A stretch of DNA of 64,000 bases from Williopsis jadinii (lineage: Eukaryota), in assembly GCA_024346625.1 (NCBI GenBank), contig AP024666.1, positions 372,001 to 436,000 on the forward strand, written 5' to 3'. The notes under the pieces are model-generated. The model was not told where the DNA came from and did no database searches. It saw only the letters and a list, made by a program, of their open reading frames with translations. Positions 43,170 to 53,998 of the stretch are shown one piece after another (within the stretch, counting starts at the first letter, position 1; each line of letters starts with the position of its first letter). Made by a program: the position numbers and the translations under genes.

Positions 43170-45929
43170 ATGGACGCGAGCATGGAGTCTAATATAGATC
43201 CTGCTATTGAATCTCAAGGTGGCATCTTCACAAAGTTCTCTCTCAACTCTGACTTCATCCAAGGGGAGAACAACTATATCAACATTGAAGGGGATGAAGA
43301 GGGCCATAACGGCGCGGGTTCTGGGCTTAAGGAACACGATGGCCATGGTGAGACAAACGTCACCACTGCCGCTGTGGTTGCTGCTGCCGCCGCCGCCGCC
43401 GCTGCTGCTGCTAATATGTCCTCGATGATCCACTTCAACGGGATGGATGACAATGGATCAACACATTTGAGGGCGCGTGATAATTCGCATGGAAATGATG
43501 CCCTTGTACAACGACAGGGCTCGACGGATAACGGGAATGATCAGCAGCTGAGCTTCCTCCATAGCGCGTTAGAGATTGAGAATCAGGCCCGTCAACATTC
43601 GGATTCATATCAGCAAAGAGAAGCACAACACTCATCGCACCAGCATCACCATTTGGCGCTTCGCCGTGATTCAGAACCGAAACCTAAACAGGTGTTGATA
43701 CAGGATACCGATTCGAATATGAGCATCGTTGTGGTGGATCCAAGTGCGCAAGAAGGTGGTTCTAGGCTGGGTCGTCCTAGAAAGCACCAAGTGAACGCAT
43801 CACCGAGCTCTGAACAATCATCCTCAAAGAACTACGAGGAGAGCATGGTTTCGAGATTTAGAGTCGATTCGAAGCCAATAACTGGACCTGGATCTAGAGG
43901 CGGTAGAAAGATCAAGCCGAAACCTTCAGTGGAAAAGAATGGGTATAAACAACCGGTATTTGCCAAACAAGGAGGTAAGCTCATTTTGGCAAAACGCCCA
44001 GAATCGCATCAACAGCTCCCTCCAATAGTTCCAAAGGTTAAACTTGCCATCAAAGATGTGAAATCATCAAACAAAGACAAAGCCGATGGTATAGAGACGA
44101 GTCCAATCGTCCTCGAAGATGTGGACTCTTTGAAGGCTAAGGGAAGGTCAACAGCTTCTGATAAGAAGCTACTTCAATCACAGATAGTTCCAAGGAAGCA
44201 GTTACTACCTATAGCGGCGAAGCCTGAATCTCACAAGGATTCAAAGGCGTTATCAGAAAAGATACTGCTACTAAAAACGATTCCAAAGGCAAAGGAGAAG
44301 TCATCTTCAAAGCTTAAAAGTCGAACCAAGAAGAAAAGAGACATCCCCGGACCAATTACTGGTGTTTCTTATGACATTTATGATCCAGAAATGTTGAAAG
44401 ATGACGAGGGCTTATCGCATGAACAATTCATCGCCCTTGGTTATGAAGTGAAACCTTCTGATTACGCAAAAGATATAATAACAATCTTGTCATTCATCAA
44501 CAAGTTTAAGAAATTCTTCAAATTTGCAAACTTGGGTCCTCAAGATATAGAAGAAGGCTTGAACCTTCCTCCTTCACTGCCTTACTCTTTGAGCAATGTT
44601 AACCAAAAAACTGTGGAATCACCAACATCTAACTCGAAGGATGAAATATCATATTCCATGAATCAGCTCTTTTTCAAGTTATTGTACCTTGTGCTGAATA
44701 AAAAGAAGGCCGTCAATGCATCCAATGTTTCGAAAATATTAGCTGAATTGAAAGAAAACTGTTTAATGTTTGGGTTGCCAAGCGAGTGGAGGGACGATGA
44801 AGGTGTATTCACCGAAGTGATGGTTGACGATTCTTTGAAAGATGATGAGAATGAAGAACCGTTAGATCCAGAACATCCAGAGGCTTTGGATACAACGCAG
44901 TACCATTTTGGTCTAACAAAACCATTAGAGTTCACACCCCTTGATGAGGAAAACTTTGAAACAGACGGATTAATGGCTTTGCAGCCCTTGGATAGACTTA
45001 TCTTGTTGAGATCTTTAGTACAATGGTGTACTTCATATTCAGACTCCATCAGATCAGAAATCAGCAAACAGTTGGCAAGGCAAGACTCATCTGGAGATAA
45101 GGAAACATACTATATCTCCAGATATATCAAACAAGGTGAAAAGGGTATTGAGGATGCTAACGCCAATCTTAAATTGCATCCAAGGAAAAAGATTAAAAAG
45201 ACGAATGATGATGAAAATACATTGGACCCGTACACGGATGCTTCAGCAAACCCTCTGGATCATCACATGTCTTTTAGAATTATGGACTTTTACGCAGGTG
45301 ATGGTGGCTTAAGTGGTCGTTACTTCCTCTGCCGTTCATGTGATCCCGAAACTGGTGGGTTGGCATCGTTGGACGATATGAAAAAAGTGATCAACTCTCA
45401 AGCTTCTGTTACTGATATGTTGGGTTTGCCACAACCCTCAAGGTTCAAACTGTACGTACAAGATGTCACCAGCATGATAAAGTCAGTAACCAATGAAGTC
45501 AACGTCAGGGACCAGACCCAAACCGTGGACCCATGGTATGAAGTTGCATCTAACGTTTCTGAATTACGCCAATTCATTAATTTCCTTGAGAGTAAACTAG
45601 CAACTGCTGACTCAAAATTAGTTGAAACCAAGAGACTGAAGGATATGGTATACTATTTGACGAATATTGTACCTGTTCTTGAGAAGTTTGAGACCATCTA
45701 CAACGAATACAAAGGAATAGCAGGTGGTCGTCAGTCAAGAAAGAGAGGACAGGTGACTGATTTGAAGGAGAATGATCTCAAGATGAAGAAAATGATTAAG
45801 CTCTCTGAGGATCCAGACGGGGACTTCTTGTATGCTGATGGTGAATTTGACGAGGATGATTTCGATGATGATGATGATGTTATGATATCTGAACCGGACG
45901 ATGCTGATGACGACGATTATCAGGATTAA
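43170..45929 (+). CDS. IOC3: ISW1a chromatin-remodelling subunit Ioc3/Esc8-like
   Basis: AT-hook-like LGRPRK, LGPQDIEEGL, LVLNKKK, WHIM1-like DRLILLRSLVQWC, GRYFLCR and WYEVASN motifs recalled from Ioc3; acidic tail. Confidence 0.65.
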   Translation: MDASMESNIDPAIESQGGIFTKFSLNSDFIQGENNYINIEGDEEGHNGAGSGLKEHDGHGETNVTTAAVVAAAAAAAAAAANMSSMIHFNGMDDNGSTHLRARDNSHGNDALVQRQGSTDNGNDQQLSFLHSALEIENQARQHSDSYQQREAQHSSHQHHHLALRRDSEPKPKQVLIQDTDSNMSIVVVDPSAQEGGSRLGRPRKHQVNASPSSEQSSSKNYEESMVSRFRVDSKPITGPGSRGGRKIKPKPSVEKNGYKQPVFAKQGGKLILAKRPESHQQLPPIVPKVKLAIKDVKSSNKDKADGIETSPIVLEDVDSLKAKGRSTASDKKLLQSQIVPRKQLLPIAAKPESHKDSKALSEKILLLKTIPKAKEKSSSKLKSRTKKKRDIPGPITGVSYDIYDPEMLKDDEGLSHEQFIALGYEVKPSDYAKDIITILSFINKFKKFFKFANLGPQDIEEGLNLPPSLPYSLSNVNQKTVESPTSNSKDEISYSMNQLFFKLLYLVLNKKKAVNASNVSKILAELKENCLMFGLPSEWRDDEGVFTEVMVDDSLKDDENEEPLDPEHPEALDTTQYHFGLTKPLEFTPLDEENFETDGLMALQPLDRLILLRSLVQWCTSYSDSIRSEISKQLARQDSSGDKETYYISRYIKQGEKGIEDANANLKLHPRKKIKKTNDDENTLDPYTDASANPLDHHMSFRIMDFYAGDGGLSGRYFLCRSCDPETGGLASLDDMKKVINSQASVTDMLGLPQPSRFKLYVQDVTSMIKSVTNEVNVRDQTQTVDPWYEVASNVSELRQFINFLESKLATADSKLVETKRLKDMVYYLTNIVPVLEKFETIYNEYKGIAGGRQSRKRGQVTDLKENDLKMKKMIKLSEDPDGDFLYADGEFDEDDFDDDDDVMISEPDDADDDDYQD

Positions 45930-45991
45930 TAATAATCGTGGTGGACTCTATACAAAAGTGCTTTATCATGTAAGACACGTTTATTAATCAA

Positions 45992-47164
45992 TTAATGCTT
46001 CAACCTCTTGGTAATTTCCATATCCTTGTAAGGGATTTCTTTACGTCTTCTCTTCCTCTCCACGTCGTCGGTATTATCAATCGTTACTAGAAGATCCTCG
46101 TTGGCCAGCTTTGCATCTGTGAACTTTAGAGAATGAGCATAGATGTCCGTATCCGAATCATCTGAATCGTCAAGTTTATCAAAGTCGTCATCGTCTACAA
46201 TGTACGGTGTTGTTTCTCTTTCCTCTTCGTGATGCTTCTTTGTCTTGATCTTCTCCTCAAATTGTCGTAATGTTCTCAGTGTATGTTCTTCTCTTTCCTC
46301 TACGTTAGGCTTTGATGATGATGTGGCAGAGTCTGTGGGAGGACAACATTCGTCAATGCTTTTTGCAGTGATCTCCGCTGGTAGTCCCTGTTCGTGATTG
46401 CCATTTTCAACATGTCCATTAGTTTCGTTTGTTATCGTGGTCTTTTCAACCGTGTCAATAGTCTCCTCTGGGATGAATTGTTCTTTGGCCAACTTCTTAT
46501 CATTCAGCACATCATGGGCACTTTGCATCTTCACATTAATCTGATATCCAACATCGCCTTCTTCATCTTCGTCTACACCAATCTGTAGTTTAACCTTTGC
46601 CTTCTTCTTCTTTTGCTGTTTCTGTTTGCTTGTTTTTGAAGGTAATGAACCAGTATCAACCACCTTCTCCTCAACTAGGTCGTCGAAATACGGTATTAAA
46701 ACTTCACACTTTGTGATCTTGACAGGGTAAAGAGGTGTTTCACCATCTTCACCAAGCTGTGCTTCGCTTATCTTCAACACTGAGAAGATGGAATCACCAA
46801 CAACCTTTCCAAATGCCGTGTTCTTAGATTGTAATTCTGGTGTATCTCTCAGCGTTATGAAGAACTCACCTGTGTTGGTATTCCTCGATGACAAGTTCAC
46901 ACATCCAAGAATGCCACGTCTGTTGAATCTGATTCTAGTGTGGAATTCATCTTCAAATGGTTCTTGACTAAGAGTTCCATTGGCCTGAACAATGAAGTCC
47001 TTGACGATTCTGTTGAACTCCCAACCTCCAAACCTGTTGTTCAAAACGTTATTTAAAAACCTTCTCGATGTTATCGGTGTCTCTTTTGCCCATAATTCTA
47101 TATCTATGGGACCTTTTGTAGTTGTTAAACGGACCTTTGCCGTTGTCTGTGGTTCTAACGACAT
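45992..47164 (-). CDS. CWC27: Spliceosomal cyclophilin-like protein
   Basis: MSLEPQTTAKVRLTTTKGPIDIELWAKETP, DEFHTRIRFNRRG, FGKVVGDSIF; charged C-terminal tail. Confidence 0.92.
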   Translation of the reverse strand: MSLEPQTTAKVRLTTTKGPIDIELWAKETPITSRRFLNNVLNNRFGGWEFNRIVKDFIVQANGTLSQEPFEDEFHTRIRFNRRGILGCVNLSSRNTNTGEFFITLRDTPELQSKNTAFGKVVGDSIFSVLKISEAQLGEDGETPLYPVKITKCEVLIPYFDDLVEEKVVDTGSLPSKTSKQKQQKKKKAKVKLQIGVDEDEEGDVGYQINVKMQSAHDVLNDKKLAKEQFIPEETIDTVEKTTITNETNGHVENGNHEQGLPAEITAKSIDECCPPTDSATSSSKPNVEEREEHTLRTLRQFEEKIKTKKHHEEERETTPYIVDDDDFDKLDDSDDSDTDIYAHSLKFTDAKLANEDLLVTIDNTDDVERKRRRKEIPYKDMEITKRLKH

Positions 47165-47397
47165 GTTTTATGTTATCTCTGCTCAAAATTACCCGAGTGT
47201 AGTGCAGTGTGTTCGAATTTTTTTTGAGATCAACATTCAATAACAAAGCTCATCTGCAACCAAACCACATCTACAATCAAAGATATATATAAATAACGTA
47301 TTGGAATTCAATAAATAGTTGTTGTGTGTGTGTGTTTTTCTCTTATATAATGAAAAATAAATAAAATAAATAACGGAAACAAGAATTGTCATCTCCT

Positions 47398-48501
47398 TCA
47401 ATCGGTCAAAGTGATAAAGGTCTTCTTAGCCTTAAGGTCCTTTGCAGTTGGAGGCAAGTCTTGTTGGTGCATGTTATCTCTGAGGTAGAAAGTGTAACGG
47501 TACACCAAATCTTGCAAACGAGCTGGCTCTATACCCAAATCCTTGAAGCCCAATGCATTTGGATCGACAACTTGGTCATGATATTGTCTCTCCACCTGGT
47601 CTGGGTTCAACAATGGCCACCACACATATTGTAACAGCTCAGCGTACTTCAAAGCAACGGCCTTTGGAACGTTGACGTTTGTGTAGTGACGCTTGGTCAC
47701 AGCTTCAATCAGCTGTCTAATCTCCTTGACTGAGAATCTCTCTGGTCCGTTGAGCTCGTACAGCTTACCGGTCGTGGAGTCATCAAAACCAATCTTCTCC
47801 AAGGCAGCAGCAACATCCTGGACGTGGACTGGGAGCAAAGTTTCCTTCATGTGGTTAACTGTAAAGAGTCTAAACTGGTTACCCAACTCGTTCAAGAATC
47901 TGTCCTCTCTACCGTAAATCATACCTGGTCTAACAATGGTGGCGTCTGGGTACTCCTCCAAGACAGCCTCTTCACCGTATGCCTTTGTAGCGTAAAACAC
48001 GGATGGGGAGTCCTTCTGGGCGTTGTATCCACTAACATGAACCAATCTTGGAACACCGTTCTCAGCGGCAGCACGGGCAATACGTCTGGCACCTTCAATG
48101 TTGACATCGGCCATGGAGAAGTTCTTGGTGTGCGCATCAACACCGACCAAGTTGTAAACGATGTCGCTCATTCTCACAGCTTCGTTTATGGACTCCAAGT
48201 TTCTCAGGTCAAACTCGACAAAGTTCACAACGCCCAAATCGCCTGGCACTTTGAGGAAACGCTTCTTCATGTCGTCCCTGAATGGCACCACTGTCACGGT
48301 ACCGTTCTTGGCCAGTCTCGAGGTCAAATAGCTGCCCAAGAACCCAGAGGCCCCGAAAACAGTAGCAGTGTAACCGGTTCTGGAAGAACGACCATTGAGT
48401 CCGCTTGCAATCTTAACCTCTCCGCTTCTGGTGATGTTGATATCACTCTTCAACACGTGAGTGGACTGGCGTCTGACCTGTTGGAATGAGCGTCTCCACA
48501 T
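47398..48501 (-). CDS. NADH:ubiquinone oxidoreductase 39/40-kDa subunit (NDUFA9/NUEM)
   Basis: Presequence, GRSSRTGYTATVFGASGFLG, GDLGVVNF, ATIVRP, PVHVQDVA (SDR fold). Confidence 0.93.
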   Translation of the reverse strand: MWRRSFQQVRRQSTHVLKSDINITRSGEVKIASGLNGRSSRTGYTATVFGASGFLGSYLTSRLAKNGTVTVVPFRDDMKKRFLKVPGDLGVVNFVEFDLRNLESINEAVRMSDIVYNLVGVDAHTKNFSMADVNIEGARRIARAAAENGVPRLVHVSGYNAQKDSPSVFYATKAYGEEAVLEEYPDATIVRPGMIYGREDRFLNELGNQFRLFTVNHMKETLLPVHVQDVAAALEKIGFDDSTTGKLYELNGPERFSVKEIRQLIEAVTKRHYTNVNVPKAVALKYAELLQYVWWPLLNPDQVERQYHDQVVDPNALGFKDLGIEPARLQDLVYRYTFYLRDNMHQQDLPPTAKDLKAKKTFITLTD

Positions 48502-48812
48502 GCTTTCACTTTTCCTGTTGTCTTTGTTGTTTTGATCTGGTGGGAAAAGGCTCCTTTATAGCTCGTCGTTGTAACAATTGTTGATTGTTTTTGTGGTTTT
48601 TCAGGGGGGGGCAGGTCTGGAAAGCTTTGCGAAGCCGAGGAGAGGGAGAAAAAAATTGTTATTGACACGGGGATGGGATGGCAGACATCACCTGGACACC
48701 ACGTCTGAATACTGGCCACTGCCGCGTGACACTATGTGTGGGCTCTGTTAGGAGTACTGTGCGGTTTCAATATTAGAGATGTATTATGGATATGTATGAT
48801 TAGAAAGGTCTA

Positions 48813-49194
48813 TTAGAAGAATATTCTTATGATTTCCAAGATAGCACCACCACCGATCAAAAATGCCAGAAGAACTAGAATGGGGTGTCAGTAGAGCGAT
48901 AGATAGGTAGATAAACAGGCAGAACGAGTCGCATGGCGGGGATGTTACACTTACTGATCCAGCCCGTGGAAACTGGTGATTCCTTCTTGGTCTTTGGCTT
49001 TGGCTTTCCCATCTGCTTCTCATGCTTCTTGTAGAACTTCTCGTTCGCGAGACGTTGCTTTGGTGTTTGAATGGCCTGTGACGGAGATGTTAGTACAACG
49101 GCTTCACTCTTATATGTACGCATCTGTGTGAGCCGACTAGGGCTAGCCTGGCATCACACCGAGTAACATCAGCGAGTTTGGGGCATCTTACCAT
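48813..49194 (-). CDS. YSY6: RAMP4/SERP1 family ER protein, 61 aa, 3 exons (49192-49194, 48955-49075, 48813-48874)
   Basis: Introns at 49076-49191 (GTAAGA...TACTAAC...CAG) and 48875-48954 (GTAAGT...TACTGAC...TAG) give MAIQTPKQRLANEKFYKK...SPVSTGWIILLAFLIGGGAILEIIRIFF; neighbour of TOS1 as in S. cerevisiae. Confidence 0.92.
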
Positions 49195-49620
49195 TGTAGA
49201 GGGAGTGTGTTAGCCACTAGTAGATGAGCTTTCGTGTGCAAAAGCTGGAAAGTGTCGTTGTTGTTCTCTTTGAGAAAATGTACCGATCTCGAAGATTTGG
49301 TTGACGTGGAGGTTTGTTGTGCAAAGCTGGCAAATAAACAATTCGCGAAAATCCAGTCGGAAATTTTCAAAGTTGACACGCACCTAAAAGACCAATTCCG
49401 ATAGTTTGGGAGAAGTGGTTTTTGGTCCTCGTTGAGAAATTGGAAACGAGCTCACAACGGAAGGTTCTGATTGGGTAATCATCGATTAAATGGAAATTGC
49501 AGACGTGGAATTGACGTCTACCCACATAAGGGACACATGGTATATGGTTGGTTTTACGTGTGGATATCGTGTACAAAACAGTTCGAATCCTTGTTTTGAG
49601 GAAACTGATTTGAAAAAAAA

Positions 49621-49692
49621 TAGCGTCTCCTGGTTTCGATCCAGGGACATCAGGGTTATGAGCCCTGCGCGCTTCCACTGCGCCAAGACGCT
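49621..49692 (-). tRNA. Initiator tRNA-Met(CAT)
   Basis: AGCGTCTTGGCGCAGTGGAAGCGCGCAGGGCTCATAACCCTGATGTCCCTGGATCGAAACCAGGAGACGCTA: A1-U72 pair, GGG/CCC anticodon stem, GATCGAAA T-loop, downstream T-run. Confidence 0.97.
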
Positions 49693-52600
49693 GCTTGTTG
49701 AAAGCCTCACGTATCTCATCCGTCTGACACTGTCTTCATGGTCAATGAATTAGAAACAAGAATGTGAAATAGCTTATGATTATCGGGAATTTCAGATCAA
49801 GAGAGGTTTACAAATGCCTTTTTACCTGCTAAAACGAGTATCAATACTGCAGATGCTTTTCTTACTCTGGTTTAGGCGACGTTCATTCGATCTAAAGATC
49901 ACGGGTGGTAAATTGTGATGTCCGGATGTTTGGGTTTTGTGAGTTAAACCTGTTCACCAAAGGTCCCCGAGCCAATGACCACAAGTATACAGGGATTCGT
50001 GGGTTTTGTAGTTCCTGGTGTTGTAATCGTTTTTGTATAATGTTGATGCTGGAAATTATAACAATTCAAATCGGATAATGAAATTTCAAAGTTGAATGGT
50101 TTTATTGGTAATAAAATGGTTTCTTTTGTTCTTTTCTGGCTGAGATAGTGAATCAGAAAATCATCAATAATCTGTTGTTTTAAAAAATAATGTATAACCT
50201 CTAAAGAGAAATTTAAATGAAGAAAGAATTGAATCTGAGTTATTATAAAATCAATAGCACAAGTATTGAATCACTTTCAAATAATCACTTATATTTATAA
50301 CTAATGGTATCTAGGACTTGAGATGAGCCCATATTCCCACTTGAAATGATGAACTACGCAGTTGTTTTCTTGTTAAAGACACCCTAAAGGTGGACTAGGT
50401 ACATCGGTATGAATAATCGCATGACCAAGTTCGTTTTTTGGGGGTCTTTCCTCCAACCATCATCCATGATAGATTCACCAAAAATCTGGTTCTAGCTCAG
50501 ATAGTTTCTGTCCATGTGCGAGATTACTATACAGCCTACCAGTCTATCTTGTGGCTGTAAAGCTGACCGTTTCTCTGTTAAGAGTTAAAGTTTACAACTC
50601 TTCATAAACAAACTATCAGCATACTCCAATCCAATAACGTGTATTAATCCGATTTATTACTTTTGCTGAGCTACATATCTCGAATGACCATCGTTGAACA
50701 TGATGATAATTAGGCTTGACTCTTTTCAACATAAAACACCTTCAGGAAAATTACAGACATAAATACAGTGAGACAGGCATCAAGATATATCTTATGCTCA
50801 CTTCTGAACGTCTGCGTGAACTGAAAAAATCAATATTCATATAATTCCATTTTCAAACCAACTACATGTCTCTTATCTTTACGTCGGAGGATATCAATAA
50901 TAGTGCTAGTAAATAACCAATCCTCACCTTTTAAAAACCACACGTTTCATAATAAGTTGCCTACATAAGTCAGTGGATTCTAATCTATTACGAAATAATG
51001 AACCGCGGAAAACAGCTACTCCGTTGCGAAAGGAGTTACACGGCATCAGTTAGGCAAGTTTCCATAAGTGTTATCCTGCTTTATATTTTGGATGCATTGT
51101 CAGTAAAGCTAAAGACGTTTGAGTCGGACACTTTTCTAACTTTTCATGACGTGTACTACTGCAACAGTATGAGCTCACTGTGACTTCTGGATCATTAGAA
51201 ATGCGTTTAGGGTTTGAGATCATAATCAATTAGCTTTTGATGTCCGACCGTTGAGTCTTCTGCATGTAGGGAAACGCATGTAATATAACTTTAAAGGATA
51301 AAATTTTTTCCACCAACTTTTTGTTTAAAGTTTGTGCCAAAAGTCAGAGACGTTGAGAATTCTACGAACAGATCAACACCTTTGACACTAGAACCCGATC
51401 TACGAAAGAAAACTTTGAGGCTGTTTAGGGATTATGAGATGAAAATGCATTTTTCAAACCATATCTGCTTCTGCATGCGCGTGGTTACTTTTGGAAACAT
51501 TAGTATTCATCATTTGTAAGAGCTTTAATTGATGACGAATGGAGCGGTAGAAAGAAATACCAATACATAAATCACTAGTATCTAAACACCGAATGTGTAC
51601 AACCGAGGATAAGGTTCCAACTTGTTACTGCAGTCCACTCTACTGAACGGACGTATCGTATAGAATTCAAATCTGGGACCATGAAGGAGATGTGTTCCTC
51701 GCACGACGAATATGATTCACGCTTTTGAGTACATACTTGAAGCATCGTTCATGTTACACTTATCTTGTGCATTAGTGTACAGAGTCTAGAATTCAAGCAC
51801 GGACCTTTTTCTTCGGAAAAGTTGAAAAAGAAAGACATCTCAACAGTCACTATGTTTGTCGACAATCACCATCTGTTGATTAGTGTGTCGCCTTGTTCTA
51901 TCGAACTATCTGCGCTTCAAGGAATCATCTTCGGAGAACTCTATTAGTAGAGAGCATATATCTATTCAAAACCCTAGATTCAGGTCATGTAGCCAAAGTT
52001 AAAATATCCGGGTGTTTTATGAAATAGAGCTCGAATGAGTAATACACACTATAGGAGTGCATTAAGTTTAACCGTTTTTATGCAATTCTTAGTTCACGCA
52101 GTTCTAGATGACGTAGTCCATATAACCCAAATAGGTTCGCTTAAAAGTTCACTGTTTCAGATACTAGATCAATCAGGCTGATTTGTCGACTTTTATTCAC
52201 ACGACTATACATAGAAGTACTGTTAAATTGGACAGTAAAGCCATACCACACACATGCACGATTTTTGTTTAATGAGATGGTGATGGATCCTCACAGCAAG
52301 AAAAAAACGTGTATCAAGTTAGAAAGAGATCAATTCTAAATTGATTTACGAATCTCGGCGAGTAAGAGCTGGAATCTAAAGAAGAAGCCAGGATATACGA
52401 TGTGCCTTTAAAACTATTGTTGAGCTCAATACGCGTAGAGAATGAATCAGGACATCCTATCAAATAAAGAGTTTTCACACTTTGAAAATTCAAGACAGCA
52501 GAAGGAGGATAGTATAAGACAAATGAGATGCTAAATGACGTAGTGGGAGCTCATACCACCATGGTGCTCTTCAAGCCTTGCACCTTCTTCATTTGTGCCA

Positions 52601-53998
52601 TTTAATAGACTAGGTTCCACTTGAACTGTACGTTTCCCCTGATATGTAGTGGCATGTGCATCAAGTCAAGTGCTAATGCCTAACATATCAGATACATTAG
52701 AGTCCAGAACATGAAGTTCCAATCTTCGCTTTGGCTTTGGTTTTGTCTGGCGAACATGGCATGTATTTCACGTAGGAATACTACTAGTAGGCTTGATTAA
52801 TGGGAAGCCCCCATACCCAGCTCATGGTGAAGGGATTTTTGAGAAACATTCAGGAAATGCCTAACCCTACCTGGTTTCTTCTAAGCCCATATAACATAGC
52901 CTCAAACTCCATACATAAGAAGCCCTGGTCACCGTCAGACCAGCATAGTTTCTTCTTCAAAAGCCTTCTACGAAGGAATACACACGCCGGTCATTTTACG
53001 CACTCTTGTAGTGATGATTCTACGGAGAAAGCGGCGCTCAAACATCGAGAGGTCTAGACGTTCTTCTACACCATCTGTGTGATCTACGAAATGTTACCAA
53101 GATAGTATGCATTCCAATAGCTACAAGCCCAGACCGATATGTGCTGGAAAAAACACACACATGAAAAAAAGAGAAACAAGAAACCGTCGGGAATTGCACC
53201 ACCATTCTGTATTCAACAGCTACTAAGTTGATCAAATTGATCATATCATGGCTCCCCGAGCTGACGCACGGTCTAGAGCACCTCGAAAGCAAAATAGTGG
53301 TGGTTATTTCCCTTTAGAGGCAACACACCAACCAGAGGTGAGTCAACTGTTGTTTTGCCAGATGGTGCGATAACCCAGGCTTTGTGCAAAATGGGGCTGG
53401 CAATCACATTTTCGTTTTGGTTTTTCCTGCGAGGCCTTTTTGGTTGTCCCCTTCGTAACTACAGAAACCGCATATTTTACCAAGCCGCAAAAGCCCCATT
53501 TCCACAGAAACTGTGCAAGGTGCGGGAATCACCAAGCCTCTCCCATAGCGTGTCCTTCCAGATTCGGAAATTAAGGTTAATATTCGGCAACAAAAAACGC
53601 AGAGTGCTGCACAGTTATGCATTACGCGTTTGGGATGTTCATAGATTTGTGTGTCGGGCGGGATGGTTGGCAAGGCAAATGAAACAAAATTTATGCAAAC
53701 TGCCCAGGCGCCAGAATATAAAACATCAACAGTCCCCCAACACGTAATTTTTCGAGCCTTTGGGAGGATTTTTTCCTTGTTTACACCCCCCTTACGATTT
53801 TGAAACGAAGTTACGTGTTTGAAAACCCGACCCTCATTTCTTAGATCTCACTCTTATTCACTCCTTTATATCTATCAAGAGAGAGACTGTCCATTCCCTT
53901 CCCTATTATATTGTCAATTGCTGCTTCACTCACGTTGTTTACTTTGATCCCGTTGCTTTATTGAATTTGCTCCCTATTGGTCTTACGCTCTTTAAACA

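Noticed and set aside
50019..50731. Solo LTR (TGTTG...CAACA) upstream of tRNA-iMet
   Set aside because: No matching 5-bp target-site duplication and no second copy in the window.
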